Positions 51,042 to 64,000 of a stretch of DNA of 64,000 bases are shown one piece after another (position 1 is the stretch's first letter; each line of letters opens with the position of its first letter). A program made the position numbers and the translations under genes. The notes below the pieces were generated by a model. That model did no database searches. It was not told the DNA's origin and worked only from the letters and a program-made list of their open reading frames with translations. Location: NCBI RefSeq assembly GCF_000143415.4, contig NW_003314266.1, positions 380,503-444,502 of the forward strand, given 5' to 3'. This DNA is from Selaginella moellendorffii. Taxonomy: Eukaryota; Plantae; Lycopodiophyta.

Positions 51042-52884
51042 ATGGCATGGAAGCAGCCGCCCAAGCAGCAGCGACGGCAGCGACCCTTGCTACTGTCGCT
51101 CCCACTCGCGATTGCGGCGCTGGTGTCCAATTTTCTCGATCTTATATGTTCTTTCCTTTGTTTTCTTCGTTGGAGAGTAGTGATACTTCAATGCTTTCTT
51201 TTTACAGGAAAGAAATGGGCTTGGATTGACTGCAACCGTGAAGGATGCTTGCAAGATCGTGCTGAAATATCCGGAGGGAACAAATAGTACCTGGGTAAGC
51301 AACTAGAAATAGTTTTGCGTGATCGAAGCTTACAAGTTTACTCGGTACAGCGTAATGAGCAGTTCAAAATCTACGAGCCACTGGAATATGAATTTGACGT
51401 CTGCGAGACGCTGCTCCTGTGGGAACAGGTACTTTGCTGCAAGTTTTGCTCTTGATTCAAATAACACTTTTGAGTTTGCAGTATCGAAACGTCACAACGA
51501 TATTGACTCGCGAGTATTTGGATGCACGTCCCGATGGCTGGATGGACTACGCTGCAAAACGAATAGCTCAACTGTAAGCTAAGCTTGATGTTGATGGAAG
51601 TTTTTAATCTAGTTGTGCAGGGGTGCAGCTAACTGTTCCAACCGAAGCCTGTGCGAAGAACATCTCGAGTTGATACTACCGCCAAAGCCACCGTTTTGGC
51701 CGCGCCAGTTTAGGACGTGTGCGGTGGTGGGAAACTCGGGCGACCTTTTAAAGACGGAGTTTGGAAAGGAGATAGATGCTCACGATATTGTCATCCGAGA
51801 CAATGAGGCACCAGTGACCACGGTAATCACCTCACAAAGGTTGCGTACTACTGAGCTCGCAAAAGTTGCTTTCATTTCACAGAAATACGCAAAGCATGTT
51901 GGCATGAAACGGAGTTTTCGATTGATGGCTCGTGGAGTAGTAAGAAACCTGCTTGAGGTTGCAAAGGGATCTGGTACGTAGTAGAAGTCTATGAACGAAG
52001 TACTGGCTTAATGCAAAAGAGGATTTTTGCAGATGATGAAGTGTTGATTATCAAGAGTGTTATCCATCGGGACTTCAACGCTAAAATAAAAGTAATAGGG
52101 CCTTTGACGCTTGCTATGCGGTTTGCTAACTGAGTTTTATCTTTTACAGCTTCTTCCGAATCCTGTCTACTTGTTCCAAGGTGTAGTTTTCCGTCGGGGA
52201 GCGAAAGGGACAGGCATTAAGTCTTTGGAGCTCGCCTTGTCAATGTGTGACTCGGTGGATATGTATGGTTTTACGGTGGATCCAGGCTACACGGAATGGT
52301 ATTGACTCACACTCCTTCCAACTTATCATTGTACCATTCTTTTCATCTATAGGACTCGTTACTTCTCGGCTCCTCGCAAGGGACACAATCCACTACAAGG
52401 CAGAGCCTACTATCAACTGTTGGAATGCCTCGGGGTAAGAAGAACGACTATGGATTATCATTGACAGTCTCCGTGCATACAGACAATGAGGCTGCATTCT
52501 CCAATGCGAGAAGCCAGAAAGCAAGACTGGTCGGTCATTCCGACCCGACCGACAGTAAACGCAGCCTACTACGCAGCAATGGGACTCAAACGAAAGCCAG
52601 GCAAAGACCAGGGAGCTTTCAAGAACTGCAAAGTATGGGGAAGTTCATCTCGAAATGGACGCCTGTCAGGATCAAAAGACATGAACGAGACCCGCAAGAA
52701 CTCAAACTACGCAAAGTGGGAGAAAACAAGCGTGAACTCCCTGAGAAGTGAAGCTCAACACCATTACCGCGCCATGGAAGGCGTCACCATGTACAAGATC
52801 GACGGCAACAAGCTCGAGGACCTGGTGTGCATCAGACCACAGCAGGAGCAGCAGCGCAGCCATGGGAAACAAAAAAAATCTTAG
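51042..52884 (+). CDS. SIA1: Sialyltransferase-like protein (GT29, plant SIA1/MGP2 type), multi-exon
   Basis: Sialyl-motif [24 protein letters not shown], plus [48 protein letters not shown] and [13 protein letters not shown]. The N-terminal stem looks shortened and the first donor site is weak. Confidence 0.88.
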
Positions 52885-52899
52885 TGACTCTCGACGAGG

Positions 52900-53470
52900 A
52901 CGCAACACTGGCGCTTTAGCATACTGCCCGGCTCTGGCAGCTCGCCGTGCGTCACTATGGATCCGGCAAGAAGCTAACAGGCTCGTCCAGGCAGAGCTCC
53001 CCGGCTGCGATGGCATGCATCGGCCTCTTCCTACTGGCCAGAGCATCCGAGGAGATCAACCATGCAGCGGCAGTGATCTCCGAGTAAGGAAAGCCCGTAG
53101 TTCACAGTGATGGAGCAGAAGATCTCGTACGCAACTTCGAGCAGACCAGCGTGGCTACACGCAGCTAGAACGCAGACGAACGTGGCTTGATCCGGCAGCA
53201 TTCCTTTCAGGTGGAAGCTGTGGATCTTGAGGGACCGGACGATGCGACCAGCTTGGCCGTCAATCGCGATCATCCAAGAGACAGGACTTCGATCCAACAA
53301 GATCTTTCTGGCCAGGCCTGGAGCACAAGACGCCGCTGCGAGCCGGCATGGTGTGAAAGAATCTAGACATCGCCGCTCTGGGCTTACGAAGTCGGGGGAC
53401 ATCTCGAAGATCCTGGGAGCTGAGGCGATCTTGCCGGAGATTAGCCTGAGATCATCGTGTTTGCAGAGAC
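52900..53470 (-). pseudogene. PLS-class PPR gene fragment
   Basis: GMLPDQATFVCVLAACSHAGLL...DHCRCMVDLLG motif, followed by a stop. Confidence 0.8.
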
Positions 53471-53550
53471 GATGATCGAGCCGATCATGATCAAACAGGG
53501 AGTTTTATTTGCAAGAAGAAAACTGGTAATGAGTACAGCATGGTTCATGG

Positions 53551-54802
53551 TTAACTGCCTGCCACCACTGGATTGAATTTCCAGGCCTGCTGCTCAAGAT
53601 ATCCTTGGTTTGCAGATGCTGGGCGGAGCGTGAGAGGACGGTACCACGCACTGTTCTGGTACTGATCATCGTTCTGCAGAGCCCACTGCAAATTTGTTCC
53701 ATCCAGCTTGATCGCGAGATAGTCCGTGTTTGAAGCCTGAAATCGGTTCTCAGACCACACGAAGTCGTAGTCGAGAGGATCATATTGAGTCAATAGCACC
53801 TGCGATGATCGTCAAGTTCAGTTTGCAAAGTTTTCAAAGAGTGCTTTGTTGACCCTTTGAGTGCTAAACCAGTCACCTTGTTTATGAGGATGAACGAGGT
53901 GAAGTACGTGGTATCGTCTCGGCCTCTGGCGGGGACCTTGTACCATATCTATTATGATAACACATGTGAGATCGAAGATGATAGTGTCAGATCAAAGTTA
54001 CAAACCATGCCATCAAGAGAAATGTTGTTTGGACTAACAGCAACCACATTTGTCTCGTCGTTGTGCTTGATTGCATCCTTGAAAGTGACGTCCACATTTT
54101 GCTGCTTCCAAGTCAAGTACTGCCCAAACCAGTGACACAGAATCCTGTACACTTGAGAAGGCTCTGTGCAGCACAACGAGAAGATCAAAGGGAATTAGCC
54201 ACAAGTCCAGAGGATTACCATAAGTGACGAGCTTCCACCGGGAGCTTCCACCGCTGGTGGATGTCACCACCGGCACCCCGTCTTTGAATTTCGAACTTGA
54301 GGAAGTGTGGCTCAAGAACGCAGACGAATTCCCAGTCATTGTGATCGAAACTTGATCGTCCGAGCTTTGGCCAACAGACCAGAGGAGAGAATCGTCCTCG
54401 ACAGCCGGATCATAGTCTCCAACAGTAGCCTTTCATTTCATTTTGAGCAAACGTAGACAAGCTTGCAGTGATGCTATATCTTGACAACGCGTCGAGATGT
54501 TGAGATTTCCTGGGAGCGGAGAGCTTTCTTGGAGCCGTGGTTTATAAAACACGAACGCAGAGAGGCCACTGGTATCCTGGCTCAGGAACTGCCATGACTC
54601 GTCCCTGTACCACAGCTGTAGAAGAGTTTCCCCATCAAAACCAAGATGATAAAAATTTGGATAAGTTTTAGATCTGGATCCTGGAAGGGATTGAGCGCGT
54701 CCTTGGACTTGAGAACAATCTGGGTGCCTTATGAGTAACATAGTAGCCAGGATAAGCAACTGATTCGATGGTGTAGAACTTTGGAGCTGCTGTGAGAGCC
54801 AT
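53551..54802 (-). pseudogene. Two-domain EUL lectin pseudogene (copy D)
   Basis: Colinear with copy C; a 1-bp deletion in exon 1 (about 54730) shifts the frame. Confidence 0.72.
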
Positions 54803-55064
54803 TGATCTTATAAGAAACACACTAGAGAGGAGTGAGCGTTAGGCTGGAAAGTACGCCATTTTATACTACCACAACGTGGAGCGCATGGGAACATGGAATC
54901 CGAAGTTTGTGCTTTCTTTAATTTTTTTCTTGGTACTTGTTTGTTAACAACAATTCGCTGACGAACACTACTGTGAAGTTAAATGCTTCACGGTAGGACT
55001 ATAAAGACAATAAGTTAAAAAGTTTTATGGCTCACAGTTGTGCACGACATAGAAATATATTAAG

Positions 55065-55395
55065 GAGGCAATCTAAAATCTACGAGCCACTGGAATATGA
55101 ATTTGACGTCTATGAAATGCTGCTCCTGTGGGAACAGGTGGTCTATTTTGCTACAAATTTCAAGTTGACAGTATCAAAGCTTCACAACAATATTCAACGT
55201 TTTACAGCTCTACATGGAGGATATTGTTTTGTGTTCTTCATTGACACTTAGTGACTCTCAACAAGGACATTGGTGAGCAAAAATGGTGCTTTAGAATACC
55301 ACCCGGCTCTGGTGGCTCGCCGTGCGTCGCTATGGATCCGGCAAGAAGCAAGCAGGCTCATCCAGGTAGAGCTCCCCAGCTGCAATGGCATGCAA
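55065..55395 (+). pseudogene. Third SIA fragment joined to a copy of the SIA 3' flank / PPR end
   Basis: [21 protein letters not shown] exon; 55247-55392 matches 52881-53018. Confidence 0.75.
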
Positions 55396-55418
55396 CAATA
55401 TTCAACGTTTTACAGCTC

Positions 55419-58400
55419 TGAGACAAATTGGGATCAAAGCGCACCGCGCTAATGGACAGAACAGGAAAACCCTAATGTCCACAATGTGTAACACTCCCCC
55501 CAAACCGAAGCCACTCACCAAACCAAATCTATCGCATAGGAGCTGAAACTAGTGTGGCCCCAATGGCTTGGTGAGAAGGTCGGCTGGCATGTCCTGTGTC
55601 CTGAGATGTTGGATGGCCAAGATGCCACCATCAACCAACTCATGCACGTAGTGAAATTGGACTTCAATGTGCTTTGAGCGAGCATGGTGGACAGGGTTCT
55701 TGGACATGGTAATGCTGTTTTAGTTGTCACACCAAGAGGTAGTGGGGCCAGCTTGTGCACATCCCAGCTCAGCAAGTAACCATCGCTAGACCATGTCCCT
55801 GCTACCAGTATTGAGTGTGATGTACTCCGCTTCTGCACTAGAAAGTGCCACCACAGATTGTTGCTTGGAGGCCCATGTGATGGCACCTCCTGAGAAGGAA
55901 ATGCAAATGCCAGAAGTCGAGTGATGGCCTTTGTTGTTGGCAAAACTAGCATCCATGTAGCATGTCAATGATGCATCACCCCTTGAATAAGCAATGTTGT
56001 AGTCCATAGTGCCTCAGAGGTATCTCACGATACACTTGGCAGCTTGCCAATGTATGGTGGTTGGTGATGTGTTGTATTGACTCAAGGCAATAGTTGCATA
56101 TGTGATGTCAGGGCAAGTCATCAGGGCCAAATATGTGAGGCAACCAATGAGATGCCAATAGGGAGTCCTATTGGGTAGAGGCTCACCAGATTGCTCAACT
56201 GTGAGGTCAATAGCACCAACAACCATCGGGGTCTTGACGGGGTGGCAATCACACATACCAAACCGATCCAACAAGACTTCGACTTTATGTCATTGGCTAA
56301 GAATGTAGCCACTAGACTCAGGATCGCGTGTGACTTCAAAGCCAAGAAAGTAGGAGACTTGGCCAAGGTCCTTCATCTGGAATTGCTGGCTGAGAGCAGC
56401 TTTCAGAGCAGCAATGGCATCCATGTCATCACCCATAATGAGCAAATCATCAACGCAGAGGGCCACAATAAGCATGCTCTCAACATGACTATTCACATAC
56501 ACATTATGATCAGCATGGCAGCGACAAAAGCCCTGAGTGCGTAGGGTGGCATCAAAATTTTGATACCAAATATAAGAGCTCTATTTTAGGCCATATAAAG
56601 CTTTCTGCAATTGCCATGTACAGCCACCAGGGTCAAAACCAGGAGGTATATGCATATAGATGTCCTCTTGCAAATCCCCATTCAAAAATGCAGTTTTGAC
56701 ATCCATATGGTGGACTTGCCATTTGCGAGCAGCCGCAAGTGCAAAAAAAGTATGGAGGCTGGCAATTTTTACAACTGGTGAGAATGTTTCATTATAATCA
56801 AGGCCATGAACTTAGCAAAAACTGCGAACAATCAACCGTGCCTTATAACGTACAACTTGACAATTTTTCCCATACTTTTTGGAAAAAATCCATTTTGGAT
56901 CCAAAACATGTCGTCTTGGTGGCGCTGAATTAACTGGAACATTAATTTTGTTAAACCGAATGGAAGAAACTTCTTCTGCAATGGCTTCCATCCAAGATAG
57001 AGCCTTAGGTCCTGAGACGGCCTTATCATGGGTCATGGGGATGCCAATGTCAACAAGGCCATAAAAGTCATCAAGCTCTGCAGCATCTGCTTCAGCATTT
57101 TCCTGGACTTTCAACAAGGGCCAATGTTCCTAGGGGTGATCAAGAACTAGCATCAGATTAGGCATGCCACGACGTCAACAAGGTGGTGGAGGTGTCAGAG
57201 GCTTGTCCTCGACTGGAGGAGCATCAGCTGGTTCAAGCATGTCCAGAAGTGGAGGATTCCCCAATGGAATCTCTAGTGGCAACTCATGAATAGGATCTTG
57301 AGGCGGAGGCAAGAGTGGACCATCTCCCATAAGTGGGATCAAAGGAACAAGTGGAGTCTCAGCAATGAAAGAAGGATCTTGAAGAGCCTCTGTAAACATG
57401 GGAAAGTCATCTTCATTGAACATGACGTTTGTGCTTACAAGAGCCTTGTAAGACGCAAGATCCCACAACTTGTAAGCTTTTCTCCCGATAGTGTTGTCCT
57501 GTGCATATCCCACGAAGATGAAATTTTTACTTTTGGGATCTAGCTTTTTCCGAAGTTGATCAAGGGTATATGCGTATGCTGCACAACCGAAAACTTAAAA
57601 GTGGGATACATCAGGAATAGAACCTGTCTAAAATGCCTTAGGGGTTTTTCCATCCAAAGCAGCCGTGGCAAGGTGATTTTGGACATGCATTCCTGTGGCT
57701 ATGGCCTCTTGCCAAAACATCTTGTTAAAATATGCATCAGCTAACAAAGCACGAGTAATATTGACAAGAGTGCGATTCTTTCTTTCTGCAACACCATTTT
57801 GCTGGGGGGTGTAGTGGGCTGTGGCTTGCAATCGTATGCCTACATCATGACAGATGCCCTGAAGCTCATTGTTGAGGTATTCACCACCACCATCAACTCA
57901 AAGAGTTTTTATCTTTTGACCAAAGAGATTTTCAACATAGGCCTTGTACGTTTGAAAGGTAGCAACTGCATCATTCTTATGCATCAAGAAGTGGATGCAT
58001 GTTCGACAGATATAGTCATCAATGAATGTGATGAAATAGCTTGCACCATCATGACTTGGCATGTCCATAGGGCCGCAAAAATCAAGTCCAGAAATCCAAA
58101 AGTCCAATTGCTCAATGCTTGCTCGGCAAGAAATTCCGGTGGTGATGCTTGCCTAAAACTCAAGCTTCACAAAATATAGATGGGATATGTTAGAAATCCA
58201 ATCCAATAACAATATCTTGGGATTTCATCCATTGAAGAGATTGGTAATGGACATGACCAAGTCTCTTATGCCAAAGCTCCACATGAGAATCTGCCTCCAT
58301 AGTTTGAAAGGCTTGAACTTGGTTGGCAACAGTAATCTCATACAAGTCCTCAATGCGTGGCCCACGAAACAACTGTGTACCAAGCATATGAAAGTCATTA

Positions 58401-59625
58401 AAGTCAACCAAAGAGACTCCCTTTGCATCAAAGACTACCACTACATTTTGATCACATATCTTGGCGATGGACATTAAGTTTCATTGCAAGGTAAAAACGT
58501 GCATGGGACCATCAAAGGCCAATGATCAAGTGAGAGCCAAAATTGCCCGATGCCTTCCATGGGGAAAGTGGTATTGTCACTTAAATGAACACCACATTTT
58601 CCAATGCTCGGCTGATAACACTTGAAAAGACTCTTCTTATTGCCCATAATATTAGTACAACTAGAGTTTAAGAGCCACTTGCTTGGTGCTGCAATTGCCT
58701 CTGCATTATAAAGTTCCTCAATAGCCTCATTTTCTATAGCAATTCCATTAGATTGGCTTTCACTGTCGTAGCTAGTCGCTTGATAGGCTATAGAGCAATG
58801 CAATCTTGAGCCAATGGCTCATCTCCAAGCAGCGAGTGCACTGATTCTTGGCAAGTCTGGGCTTGGCATGCCTAGATGCCATGGAATTTTGCCCTTTCTG
58901 GGCATTTGCAGCTGCATGTGGTTTTGCCACCTTGGCATCACCAGAAGCTCGCGAAGCATACATAGGCTGTAGGATTTTTGCTCTCTCGCTTTACATGGCC
59001 TCAATGTCGTGAAGACTCCTCACGGCATTTGCCCAAGTCATCCCTGGTTGGAGAAGCAGGCTCTCAACTTGGCCATCCAACATCTCAGGACACAGGACAT
59101 GCCAGCTGACCTTCTCACCAAGCATCAAGGACCTGTAGAGCCGCAGCCTTTGCTGCTCATCCGTGAGACAGTGCTTCGCCCTAGTAGTTGCAAGTTGTGT
59201 GAAAAAGCCTTGGAGCTTGGCAATGTGAGTCTGGATACTGCCATTTTCCTCTAGCCTTAAGGACTCCATTTGTGAATAAATGTTGAAGACATCCATTTCA
59301 CTCTTGGTGCTGTAGGTGTCACTCAACCACTTTTAGAGCTCTGCTGTAGTGGACTTTGGAATCGATGAGGCAGCAAAGAGAACATTTAAGGACAAGCATA
59401 TCGCAATACTCCCTTTAGCCTTGGAATCCCAAAGGTTCCAATCATGCACCTTAGCAGCACTAGAGCCTAGAGTTGGTGATGACTCTATCCCATCTACAAT
59501 CCCCAACAAACCATGAAACAAGAGATAGGATTCAAGATGGATCTTGAATCCCTCAAACCCTTCTCCATCAAACTCACGGATGGATGGCTTTGTTTCCATA
59601 GTGCTATCCCAGCTCCGATACCATG
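55419..59625 (-). mobile_element. Degenerate Ty1/Copia retrotransposon
   Basis: Domain order gag, protease (WLLNSSCT), integrase (LWHKRLGH, YTPQQNGVAERKNRTL), RT (LCVDDLL), RNase H (ALSSAEAEY). PBS (reverse complement) gctccgatacca at 59612-59623; PPT ctcccccc at 55494; short candidate 3' LTR about 55419-55493. The 5' LTR is disrupted by later insertions. Confidence 0.92.
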
Positions 59626-61600
59626 TGTAGCGCACGTGGTTTTTACCCTTTATCTTATGGTGAATTACCATAGAATAACCACAAAGTAGAACCCAAACCC
59701 TCCATACAAATTGATCCTTCGTCCCTAGTGACTCTCTTTTTGATCTCATCTTTGACCAAACCTCAACCCTGTGTTCGCACTACCTTTATTTCAATCCAAG
59801 AAAAGTTTATGAGAGAGCATGGCAATGACTACTCGAACCAATAGACTAATCCCTACAGTCTTGGTTGGTTCACTCATAATCATGCCTAGGAAGGATCCAT
59901 TAGTGCCGTGCTAAACAGCTATGGACCAACCTATTTGCCACTCATAGCAAACCTAGGGGAGGTTTACTTTCACCCACGGTACATGGAACAACTCATGGAA
60001 CTACCGATGGGTTAATATTAATCCTGCCAACTCAAAGCGTGACCTTGAGTTGCTAATGTGCCTCACTCACGAGCTTAAGCGTAAACTCGTGCATATAGAA
60101 CAACTCAATCCTTCTTATGAGCCCAAGAGCAAACTCATGTAATATGGTACAGAAAGGTAACCAAAATCCATACTGAAGGAACCATTGCGAAGTCTTAGCA
60201 CTCAACGTGTACCCATTCGGATCACCATTTTCATTTCTGCATATGCAACAAGATTAATTGCCCAATCTCATTGGATAGTACTCAGTGAGACTCATCTTTT
60301 GATACCAAATGTAGCACATATGGTTTTTACCCTTTATCTTATGGTGAATTACCATAGGATAACCACGAAACGGAACCTAAACCCTCCATGTGCCACATGT
60401 CACATGCCATGTGACACATACCATGTGTTCAAAGGACAGTGGTGTGGAACTTAAGTTTCAAGGCCTAGGGCCACTAAATGAAGGAACGGTGCTAAACTCC
60501 CAAACATAGAGCCAAAGAGCGATGGCATTAGAGCACGGAACAACTCCCGAGCATATAGCCCAAGGAGCGAAGGGACATAAGCACCAAGTGACTTGGAACA
60601 GTCTGTAACACATGTGATCATGGATGAGATTTGGATATACTGTCACCGTGGATCCTTGGAACCTTGGGGGATAAATAAGGATAAAATAGCCACTAAGGGC
60701 TCTCTCATCAAGTAATTGCCCTTTTTCCAGTTGGCTTAAAGGGAGAGAGATAGTGTGCACTATAGTTGGTATCGGAGCAAATGGCACGGGTTTGATTCCC
60801 ATTGATTAGTGGCTATTTAAAATATAATATACCCTTGAGCAAGGTATATTCCTACCCTTAAATTTAAAATCGTACATATTGGGCATCCACGTCTTTCCTC
60901 TTGTGTGGAGTATCCACGGACAAAGGTATCCATCGTGGGACTATGGTATGGGTGGATGACTAGTTGCCTCACATGGAATAGCTGGTCTACACAATGGAAG
61001 GATTGGTAGATTCAGTGTGGAAATGAAGGTGTTAGTTCCCCTTGGCTCAATAGGGGTTACTAGTCAATAGTCAATGAGGACATTGACATCTTTGAAAGGG
61101 GGGTGAGTGTAGCGCATGTGATCATGGGATGAAATTTAGATATATTGTCACTGTGGATCTTTGAACCTTGGGGGATAAATGAGGATAAAATAGCCACTAA
61201 GGGCTCTCTCATCAAGCAATTGCCCCTTTTCTAGTTGGCTTAAGGGGAACTTTGGGGGAATAGCCACTAAGGGCTTTCTCATAAAGCAATTGCCCCTTTT
61301 CCAGTTTGCTTAAGAGGAGAGAGATAGAGTGCGTTACACAGTCCTAAAGTATCTAGCATCCCAATGCCAGGACCAATATGCAAAATGGAGCTAAATGGAG
61401 TCTAGCGTTATTTGAGCATACCGATGGTCTAACGCAAGGACATGGGTACTCCACCAGCTAGCATGGTGTGGAACTCGGGCTTAAACCCAAGCCGGACACA
61501 GAACAAGGACAGGTACGCAAGCAGGAGCTAGACTATGCCTCAGGTTGGTCGACCATGCCCAACCTACCCACTATCCATACTATACATTTGGAACCCCAGT
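59626..61600. mobile_element. Nested LTR sequences
   Basis: Starts tgtagcgcacgtgg; inverted match to 32975-34290 and 42600-43160. Confidence 0.75.
60604..61338 (+). mobile_element. Complete TRIM (terminal-repeat retrotransposon in miniature)
   Basis: LTRs about 60604-60762 and 61109-61338; PBS tggtatcggagc at 60767; PPT aaggggggtgag; 5-bp TSD CAGTC (60599-60603 and 61339-61343); non-coding interior of about 340 bp. Confidence 0.88.
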
Positions 61601-62039
61601 TAGAGTTGTTTACATGGTTACGCCCTTTTAACAGAATACGGAACATCGACAGAGAAGTGGGTGATATGACCAATCGACAGTAGCTACCCCATGACTAAAG
61701 ATTTCACTATGTATATGAAGTGCCGAAGCCAATTTATCTATACTGGCCCAAACTCAAAGATCAATAGATGCAGATATCTTAAAGTCTTAATTATTAGTGA
61801 ATAAATTTTGGAATGGAACACAAAGTATTCCAAGTAAGTTATCATCCGATAAACCAATATTAAAGTAAAGGAACCACTAAGATCACTATAGTTGGAAAAC
61901 ATAGGATTTACTATCCAACAAAATTCAAGAGCAAGTGTATCATCAATAAAACTCAATGATAACACATAACCATCAAAGATTACAAACAGAATGCCAAACA
62001 ATTTACGAAAAATACTCAAAGAACACAAAGTATCATTGA

Positions 62040-62462
62040 CTCCCCTCTGGGAGACACATGCTTTGGGCTTTCACCCCTCGACCTGTATTAGTACTCGGAC
62101 TCGGTCTCGGACTCGATCTCAGACTCGATCTCGGACTCGATCTTGGACCCATCTTCGGACTCGGTCTCGGACTCGATCTCGGACTCGACCTCGGACCCGA
62201 TCTCGGACTCGACCTCGGACTCGGTCTTGGACCCAATCTCGGATCTCGGACTCTGTCTCGAATTCAGTCTCGAACTTGGTCTCGAACTCGGTCTCGGAGT
62301 CGGCCTCAGACTCGATCCCGGATTCTATCTTGAACTCGATCTCAGAGTCGGTCTTGGACTCGATCTCAAACTCGGTCCCATCCGATGAACTCTTTATCAT
62401 TTCAGTCGTGCTTTCGGGGATCCTTTAGTCTACGGTACCTCGGGGAGTTGGTTCTTTACACA
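62040..62462 (-). mobile_element. LTR fragment with CTCGGA-type tandem array
   Basis: Inverted match to 43461-43870. Confidence 0.75.
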
Positions 62463-64000
62463 TTTAACCAAGCAACTTCGTACACATTGCTCATTATCAC
62501 ATAGATATGATATAAGTATTACAATGACTTGATCATCAATTAAGCAATACCACGAGAAACACCCATGTCATTACTTCAAAGGTTTATGTAAGCATTAAGT
62601 GCCAATTTGATTCGACAAAATGCAACATAAATGCCACACTCTACCGATAGAGACCTACAATACCCAACACCACTAACTTTTGTTCACAACACGGACAAGC
62701 TCATGCCACTTTCTTTCTGACCAAACTCAAAATTAATCCAACACCAAGCTACTCAAGGAGCAATAGCAAGGTTCCCCAGAAAAAAATTGAGTATTGCAAC
62801 CCAAGTCTTCAATAGCCCAAAAACCATTCTATTTTTGTAAGCTAATACAAACTAGTGAAGGGGTTAGAGTTGACTTCGGTTAGCATATACCTTAGTAGAT
62901 AGTTTGTATAATGCGGCCTGAAAGGGATGTTAACTTTTGGGGCTAAGGCAATTGAGTTAGATAGAGTCTAGAGTTGGTGTAGACAAATGGCCGTTGCGCT
63001 TTTCTAGAAAAGTGACCCTTGTGCCTTTCTTCTATAACATTATGCTTGGTGACAAATTGCACTTTGCATTTCATTAACCTCTATAAGAGTAGTGAGGTTT
63101 CATTAATCTTGACTTGGTCTTGGTGGCTTTGAGCCTTGGCTGAGGATGGTGAAGTCTAACTTAGTTGTTTGAGGTTGAGATGTTGGTACTTGTACTATAG
63201 CTTTATCTATGAAGAGGTTGTATACCAATATGAGTCCATCTCATGGTCTTCACTTTAGTTTTGACTGAGTGTTGATCATGCATAGCTAGCCTCTTCAAGG
63301 CATGCTCAGAGTTGTTGGATAAATGCATTAGTGAGTTTATTACGGTTGAGTTGGATTTGAGTGGTCATTTAGTTTATGCTTGTCCATGAACCTTTATCTC
63401 ATACCTGGGATATTATGTTCATGTTGGACAAGTATATAACTCAATGGCATGAGTTTAGTGTTTGGGTTTTGTGAAGGCAAGTTGAAGAGTGATTGTTAGT
63501 TGTTTTGCAAACTAATGATTACTTGTAGACTTCTTCAAGGACTATTGATACTTGCTTCACTCGATGAAGATTTGTTAGTGATAGACTTGCTTTACCGGAT
63601 GGTGTTGTGGAGGATTGTGTTGTTAGACTTGCATGGTTTTTCCATGTTGACATAATGATTCTACTTTTGTTGATATCATTTGGTTGCGTTTAGTTCATAG
63701 TGTTGGATTTCATTGAGTCTTGGATGTGGTGATTCATTCCTTGATAAAGTGTTATTTGTAACTGAGTTTTACTGAAGGATTAGTCTTGGATATTGACTAA
63801 AGTACCTTCCACTTCAGTTAGCTTAGTTTCTAGGGAGTTTTGAGTGGTGATTCATTCATGCTTTCTTTTAGTTTTGTTATGGTGTTGATGGCATTGAACT
63901 GATGCTTTGTCGTTGACATTATTTATGCTGAGATTTGAGTGAAATGAGATGTCTCTCTGAAAGATTGATGTCGAGTTTCACTAGAAGCTCTATTTCGTTA

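Noticed and set aside
62500-64000. Possible degenerate transposon coding region
   Set aside because: No ORF of 60 aa or more and no recognisable motif.

Overview
Repeat-rich land-plant genomic DNA. Introns of about 45-60 bp, PLS-PPR, EUL and GT29 genes point to a compact lycophyte or bryophyte genome such as Selaginella (inference). The main signal is a block at about 2.1-19.4 kb that looks like a large cargo-carrying DNA transposon. It holds a degraded SWIM-finger gene (-) and a disabled Sola-like/DUF7869-type DDD transposase (-). It also holds a divergent 11-exon gene (+) that splices by hand into one open frame of about 1,636 aa: ParB/Srx-like domain, degenerate beta-class N4/N6 DNA-methyltransferase-like region, acidic linker, FCP1-type HAD domain. 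About 28 copies of a 22-bp palindrome, ATGGCRTG-N6-CAYGCCAT, lie across this block in intergenic DNA, tiny introns and exons; I found no full copy elsewhere in the window. A second, pseudogenised ParB+methyltransferase gene (22.5-30.9 kb, split by a Gypsy element) follows a 96-bp foldback satellite. The rest is nested Gypsy, Copia, TRIM and solo-LTR sequence plus a tandemly duplicated cluster of two-domain EUL lectin and sialyltransferase-like (SIA1/MGP2-like) genes. All domain calls come from motif recognition by eye; no database search was run.
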